Shown here piece by piece: positions 50,202 to 51,563 of a DNA stretch of 51,563 nt. The stretch is from a virus. The first letter of the stretch is position 1. The number at the start of each line of letters is the position of its first letter. A program made the translations under genes and the position numbers. Where the stretch lies: the UHGV virus genome UHGV-0189653; one strand, 5' to 3'. Below the pieces are notes generated by a model. It searched no databases, was not told where the DNA came from, and worked only from the letters and a program-made list of their open reading frames with translations.

Positions 50202-51341
50202 ATGGCTGGAAATACCCTGACCGGGTTGATCCCGACTATTTATACCGCCCTGGATGTTGTATCCCGTGAGCAGGTAGGTTTTATCCCTGCGGTAGCAAAA
50301 AACGCAAAAGCTGACGCCGCAGCAAAAGATCAGACGGTAACCGCGCCAGTTGCGCCTGAGGCGAAAACCGAAGATATCGTACCGGGGCCGTCAGCTCCGA
50401 ATACCGGTGATCAAAATATTGGCACTGTTGATGTAAAAATTACTAAATCCAAAATGGCACCGGTTAAATGGAATGGTGAAGAACAACTGGCTCTTGGCCC
50501 TTCAGGGACTTACAACACCATTCTGGCTGATCAGTTCAAGCAGGCTTTTCGCGCCCTTGCAAACGAGGTTGAGGCTGATCTTGGTGCGTTGTATTTCGGT
50601 GCTTCCCGCGCCGTGGGAACCGCAGGGACAACGCCGTTTGGTGTTAAAGATGATCTTTCTGATGCTGCTCTGGCTCGTCAGGTTCTGGAGGATAACGGCG
50701 CACCGACAACCGATCTGCAGATGGTGCTTGGCTCCACTGCCATTGCTAATTTGCGCGGAAAACAGTCTGTATTGTTTAAAGTGAATGAATCCGGCACTGA
50801 ACAGCTACTGCGTGAGGGCGTGTTGGGGCGTCTGGAGGGATTCAATATTCACAGTTCGGCAGGTGTGAAACGAGCGCCAAAGGTTGCTGCAACTGGTTAT
50901 CTCGTGAATGGAGAGAAAAAAGAAGGCGATGTTCTTATTTCCATTGATACTGGTTCGGGGAGTATTTCTGCAGGTCAGATTGTTACGTTCGCTGGTGATC
51001 CGAATCAGTATGTTGTGGCAGCAGCGACCAGCAATCTGATTACTCTTGCAGCGCCCGGACTGCGTCAGGATCTGGCCGATGATACTGCCATCACAGTTGT
51101 TGGGGCCTTTACTGCAAATATGGCGTTTGATCGCAACGCGTTTCTGCTGGCATCCCGTACTCCGGCAATGCCGGAAGGTGGCGATAATGCTGATGATGTA
51201 ATGAATGTTACGGACCCGATTTCAGGGATTACGTTCCAGATTGCACTGTATCGTCAGTATCGCCAGGTGCGCTATGAAGTTGGACTGGCATGGGGTGTTT
51301 CATCAGTGAAGCCGGCACATGGTTGTCTGATTCTTGGTTAA
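50202..51341 (+). CDS. major capsid protein
   Basis: 379-aa product from ATG 50202 (RBS AAGGA); follows scaffold; followed by strong terminator. Confidence 0.7.
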   Translation: MAGNTLTGLIPTIYTALDVVSREQVGFIPAVAKNAKADAAAKDQTVTAPVAPEAKTEDIVPGPSAPNTGDQNIGTVDVKITKSKMAPVKWNGEEQLALGPSGTYNTILADQFKQAFRALANEVEADLGALYFGASRAVGTAGTTPFGVKDDLSDAALARQVLEDNGAPTTDLQMVLGSTAIANLRGKQSVLFKVNESGTEQLLREGVLGRLEGFNIHSSAGVKRAPKVAATGYLVNGEKKEGDVLISIDTGSGSISAGQIVTFAGDPNQYVVAAATSNLITLAAPGLRQDLADDTAITVVGAFTANMAFDRNAFLLASRTPAMPEGGDNADDVMNVTDPISGITFQIALYRQYRQVRYEVGLAWGVSSVKPAHGCLILG

Positions 51342-51351
51342 ACATTCAAAC

Positions 51352-51371
51352 GGGGCTTCGGCCCCATTTTT
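51352..51371 (+). terminator. intrinsic terminator after major capsid gene
   Basis: ggggc-ttcg-gcccc hairpin followed by ATTTTT. Confidence 0.6.
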
Positions 51372-51383
51372 AATGGGGGGCAT

Positions 51384-51560
51384 ATGGCCGGATTAACTAA
51401 AGAGCAAAGAGCACAGCGTGAAGCCGCACAAAAAACGCAAATTGAGTTAGTGGTTATGGTGACCGATTATCAGATGTTTCCCGGCGCACCAACTATCGCT
51501 AATGTTCATCCTGATGAAGTTGACAACTGGAAGGCTATGGGCTGGAAAACTCAGGAGTAA
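51384..51560 (+). CDS. small head-associated protein (58 aa), hypothetical
   Basis: ORF by manual translation (MAGLTKEQRAQREAAQKTQIELVVMVTDYQMFPGAPTIANVHPDEVDNWKAMGWKTQE); below ORF-track cut-off. Confidence 0.35.
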   Translation: MAGLTKEQRAQREAAQKTQIELVVMVTDYQMFPGAPTIANVHPDEVDNWKAMGWKTQE

Positions 51561-51563
51561 CAC

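Overview
The window reads as an essentially complete ~51.5-kb lambdoid temperate phage/prophage of the Rac family (Escherichia/Shigella type), in circularly permuted order with no obvious host flank. Calls rest on reading the ORF translations against remembered protein families and on motifs read directly from the DNA; no database search was run. Order along the window: lambda-like tail module (four head-tail joining genes, major tail protein, G/GT frameshift chaperone, tape measure, M-L-K-I-J, lom, side tail fibre with a self-cleaving chaperone domain and a tfa remnant); b-region cargo sitABCD (Mn/Fe ABC importer, minus strand) with MntR and Fur boxes; attP-like region with GGGGCAAA arm repeats; int/xis and the leftward early operon (ydaC, lar/ralR, recT, recE, racC, ydaE, kilR, ydaF, ydaG); sieB; racR repressor flanked by inverted operator/promoter repeats; ydaS-ydaT-ydaU-ydaV; a nin-like region with morons (KilA-N protein, hok-like type I toxin locus, yeaR-like gene behind an NsrR-like box); Q antiterminator; a Q-holin moron; holin, endolysin R, Rz/Rz1; trkG; a ParB-like protein plus a putative glycosyltransferase; terminase, portal, head morphogenesis, scaffold and major capsid genes. 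No rRNA, tRNA or CRISPR array was detected. The best candidates for undescribed biology are the Q-holin membrane-protein moron with a convergent small ORF, the ParB-like/glycosyltransferase pair upstream of the terminase, and the NO-responsive yeaR-like and hok-like morons in the nin region.
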